Part shown: piece after piece, positions 60,901 to 64,000 of the stretch
How positions within the stretch are numbered: position 1 is the stretch's first letter
Layout of the letters: each line of letters begins with the position of its first letter
Assembly: GCA_017499595.2 (NCBI GenBank)
Contig: CM039006.1
Location: 2,046,001-2,110,000, forward strand
Length of the DNA stretch: 64,000 nt
Source: Psilocybe cubensis
Taxonomy: Eukaryota
Reading direction: 5' to 3'
The notes under the pieces: model-generated
Told to the model about the DNA's origin: nothing
Database searches by the model: none
What the model saw: the letters and a program-made list of their open reading frames with translations, nothing else
Program-made: the position numbers and the translations under genes

Positions 60901-63608
60901 AACTAGCGTGTATCGGCAATTTAAACTACATACGAGATCGCAGCCAGCTCATCGGTCCACCCAAACCAATCGACTGGATTTCAGGGTCCCAGATATCTTT
61001 TTTGGCAAAATCGATTCGTCTGGAAATGAGCTCATCGTGAACCTTTTCCCATAGTCCTCTTATGTGCGAATGACATCACATACCGTGCCAAGTCCAATAG
61101 ACGCGCGGATTTCAAATAAGCGCCCAGTCTTTTCCGGGACGTTCATCAAGGTTCCTACGCTGTCCTTCCACTTTCAAGTCATTTCAATTGCTAAACGTTG
61201 TGCTTTTCATCATTCTAAGAGGTTTCCATGGTCAAATAGCTGCAGAAACGCACCGAATTCATGTATCGAGCATTGCCACGTAGGTCACAAAATCCAGCAT
61301 TTCGAGATCAAACACAACGAACAACAGGTCAAAATGAGTGTTCCCATATATAAACAGGACCACTAAGTACTTCTCGGATCTTTTCTAACGAGTAAACGCG
61401 TGGGATATGAAAATGTAACTATATTTTCCCCTGACTACATTGGTTTACTCCTGTTCTAGGTTTACTTTACCCTCGCTAGTGGTTCACAATGACATATTTA
61501 CCTTCTTTGCATCCTTGCATGTACCTTTAAACATAATACGGACTCGTCAACTTGTCTGAACGCTGGAGACAAAGCGAAATCAACACGTCACCCTATAACG
61601 TTCTCCGTCTCGATTTCGACATTTGTTGAATTAGAGTCGTTTCGAGGGCACTACGTAACGTAAGATATAATTAGTTTTGATAAAAATATTGGGCTTAGAA
61701 GACGGAAACGTCGGCGGATGCGAAGAGACTGTAATTCCGGAAAACACAGTTACGAACGTTCCTTGAATTTCGCTTTATACAGGTCATTGTACACTTTGAA
61801 GATCCATGTAGGGTATTCTAGTCTACATATGTTAAAAGACTCAATGCTCTGTGAGGCACGATTTTATGTTCAAAATGTTCCATAAAGCTCGATTGAGTCG
61901 TTCCGGAGTGGAATAACAACACACGGAAAACACTCTGTTTCAAATGTACAGACACTGAGAGATTTAAAACTACCCTAATTCACTTGAAGCATCAAACTTC
62001 AAAGCATAACTTTTGCACAAATGCTATCTACGGTGCAAAATAAGCAGTGAGCTGTATAATGCATATTACAGGAAACACACTCTCAGACCCCAAAATACCC
62101 ACCATTCTATCATACAGACACTCTTCCCCATCACCGCAGACTCAAACCGACCACCCAATCGCTCCGAGTCGCAGACTAGACCCAGAGCTATTGCAAACGG
62201 GCATCTGCGCCTCCTCCCCCATTACGCACTTTCCAAGCCTTCCAAACCGCTCGCTCCCGGTCGCAACGTGTTTACGACACCCCTTACATACACGATCGAC
62301 GCTTGTGGCGATTGAAAATGAGAGGAAGCAGCGGTGAACTTGGGTGAACTGTTTGTGTGCTGGCAGTCGTTACAAGCTCTAGCGACGTTTAACGCGTTTT
62401 ACGTCGGTTTATGGGTTTCTGGGGATGCTGGTAATCACTGTGATATGAATAGGGGTTGTTGGGGTGAAGGATTTGTGGGCAAAAAAAGTTGTCGGATTGT
62501 TTGCAAAGATGGAGTAGACGCGAGCTGAATCGCTCGCAGATCAATTTCAGCACCTTTGCACAACGGGGTACTATGCAGAATATGTTATACTTGACCAGGA
62601 GAGCACCATAGAATGGTCAGCCAGACGGTCAAGCTCCCGGTGGAGTCCTGCAACACATCCGTTCCCCAATCCAATCCCCTCCTCCTTCCCCAAAACACCG
62701 CTCGTCTCGCAAAAAAACCACCTGGATTGTTATCATCCCTGAACGTATCACTTATTCATAGCATCTCACGTACCTCGTCGCGTAATTTCGAAGCTGGAAA
62801 CTGAAATTTTTTTTGTGATACTCCCGAGGCATTCCAGTCCGTCCATTCAATCGACACAAACACTAGAACGCAGAATACGTACGAATACAACACCTAGAAG
62901 AGTACGGTAGTGTAGTACATGTCAGCTCCAAGCCCCGACAATAGAAAGATCAAGGAGTGCAACTCACCAAGTAGCAAATGTACATTTCACAAACGGCAGG
63001 ATGTAATGCATTGCGATGCAACAACTCCCCATCTGCATCTTCCGACCGAAATGCAGTTTGAAACGTCTGGAATTCGGTGCTTTGTATCTCGTTAGCTTAA
63101 TTAAGCAACGTAAGATCGAGGACTGTACCGAAATTGAGATGCAAATTTTTGAAGCTAGAGCTCGAGAGTTCACGTAGAGGCGGTTTGGCGAGTTTGCGGT
63201 GAATACTGGACTGCTTTGTGATGGGTGTAGCTGTTTTATGCTCGTCTCCTATTCTGTGGGTGTAGTTGTTATTTATTCTTCTAATTTTTGTGAGTGTAGT
63301 TGCACTGAGAGTATGTACTCGTTTACTTTTCTTTTCTGTGCTGCCTGGATATCAGAATTGATAACAAAAGTGATTATCACGAATCTCGTCTTTTCATGTC
63401 TATCGTGAACTGATCTTTAGCAAATAGAATGAAATTATATTGCATTAGCACACTACACGACGACAGGGGGTATACAGTGTACAGAAATACACCCAATCTC
63501 TCGCTTAGCGGAGGAGGCAGGTTGCAGATCCCAAATCGGACCCTGCAAAACGACCCGAAAACACAACCCCTGTGCGTATGTATGTACATACAGCGGCAAG
63601 GTGCGCGT

Positions 63609-64000
63609 GTATATAAGGAGTGTGGAATACCACTCACCTTTCCTCATCCCGCCTTGGCTTCTCCGCTCCGCTCTCCTCTCCTCTCCTCGAGTCTTGGGCA
63701 CCGCGCCCCCCACTCTTCTCTTTGGACTGGCACGACGACGAGGCGGCTCTGCTGTCTGTCGCAGAAATCAAGCTCACACTCACCTATTTGCAGGCCGCCC
63801 TGCTCGTGTCTAGCCTTCTCCGTGTGTGTCTTGCGAGCTGGAATATCCTTCTGCTGATTGACACCCATTCTCGCAGATGTTATCACCACATCTAACCGTA
63901 CTGCCTCCCCTGTAAGTGTCTTGTCATCGTGTTCTTTGTCGGGATGTTGCTAACAGTCTCTTGAAACTGCAGAATCGAGCGCGATGGAAAAGATGAGTGC
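63609..64000 (+). promoter_or_regulatory. Probable 5' end of a gene running off the window (TATA box, CT-rich leader, intron, possible ATG at ~63984)
   Basis: TATATAAG at ~63609, pyrimidine-rich tract, GTAAGT...GCTAAC...TGCAG intron at ~63912-63972, then ATGGAAAAGATG. Confidence 0.4.

Overview
Eukaryotic, intron-rich fungal DNA. Short ~50-70 nt GT-AG introns and the gene families present point to an Agaricomycete (mushroom-forming basidiomycete). About 20 spliced or single-exon genes were read: an Skn7-type HSF-domain factor, the listerin/Ltn1 RING E3 ligase, an intronless enoyl-reductase-type MDR, a GNAT acetyltransferase, a tandem pair of small double Cys/His-motif proteins, a CYP5035-like P450, two small secreted Cys proteins (one with a premature stop), a questin-oxidase-like protein, a KH-domain protein, a 3-beta-HSD-like SDR, three F-box-like genes, an FN3-like/coiled-coil protein, a SET-domain protein, an old yellow enzyme, a furin-like Cys-rich membrane protein, a GT18-like glycosyltransferase and a Clp1-like protein. 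The clearest structural event is an intact Ty1/Copia retrotransposon (identical 181-bp LTRs, GATCC target-site duplication, half-tRNA primer site) inserted into exon 2 of an F-box-like gene. Near the right end, a broken NADAR gene abuts a ~1.2-kb non-coding array of a ~27-bp motif with variable spacers. The left end carries a possible CACTG-terminated transposon end. All family assignments come from motif recognition by eye, not from database searches, and exon boundaries are manual.
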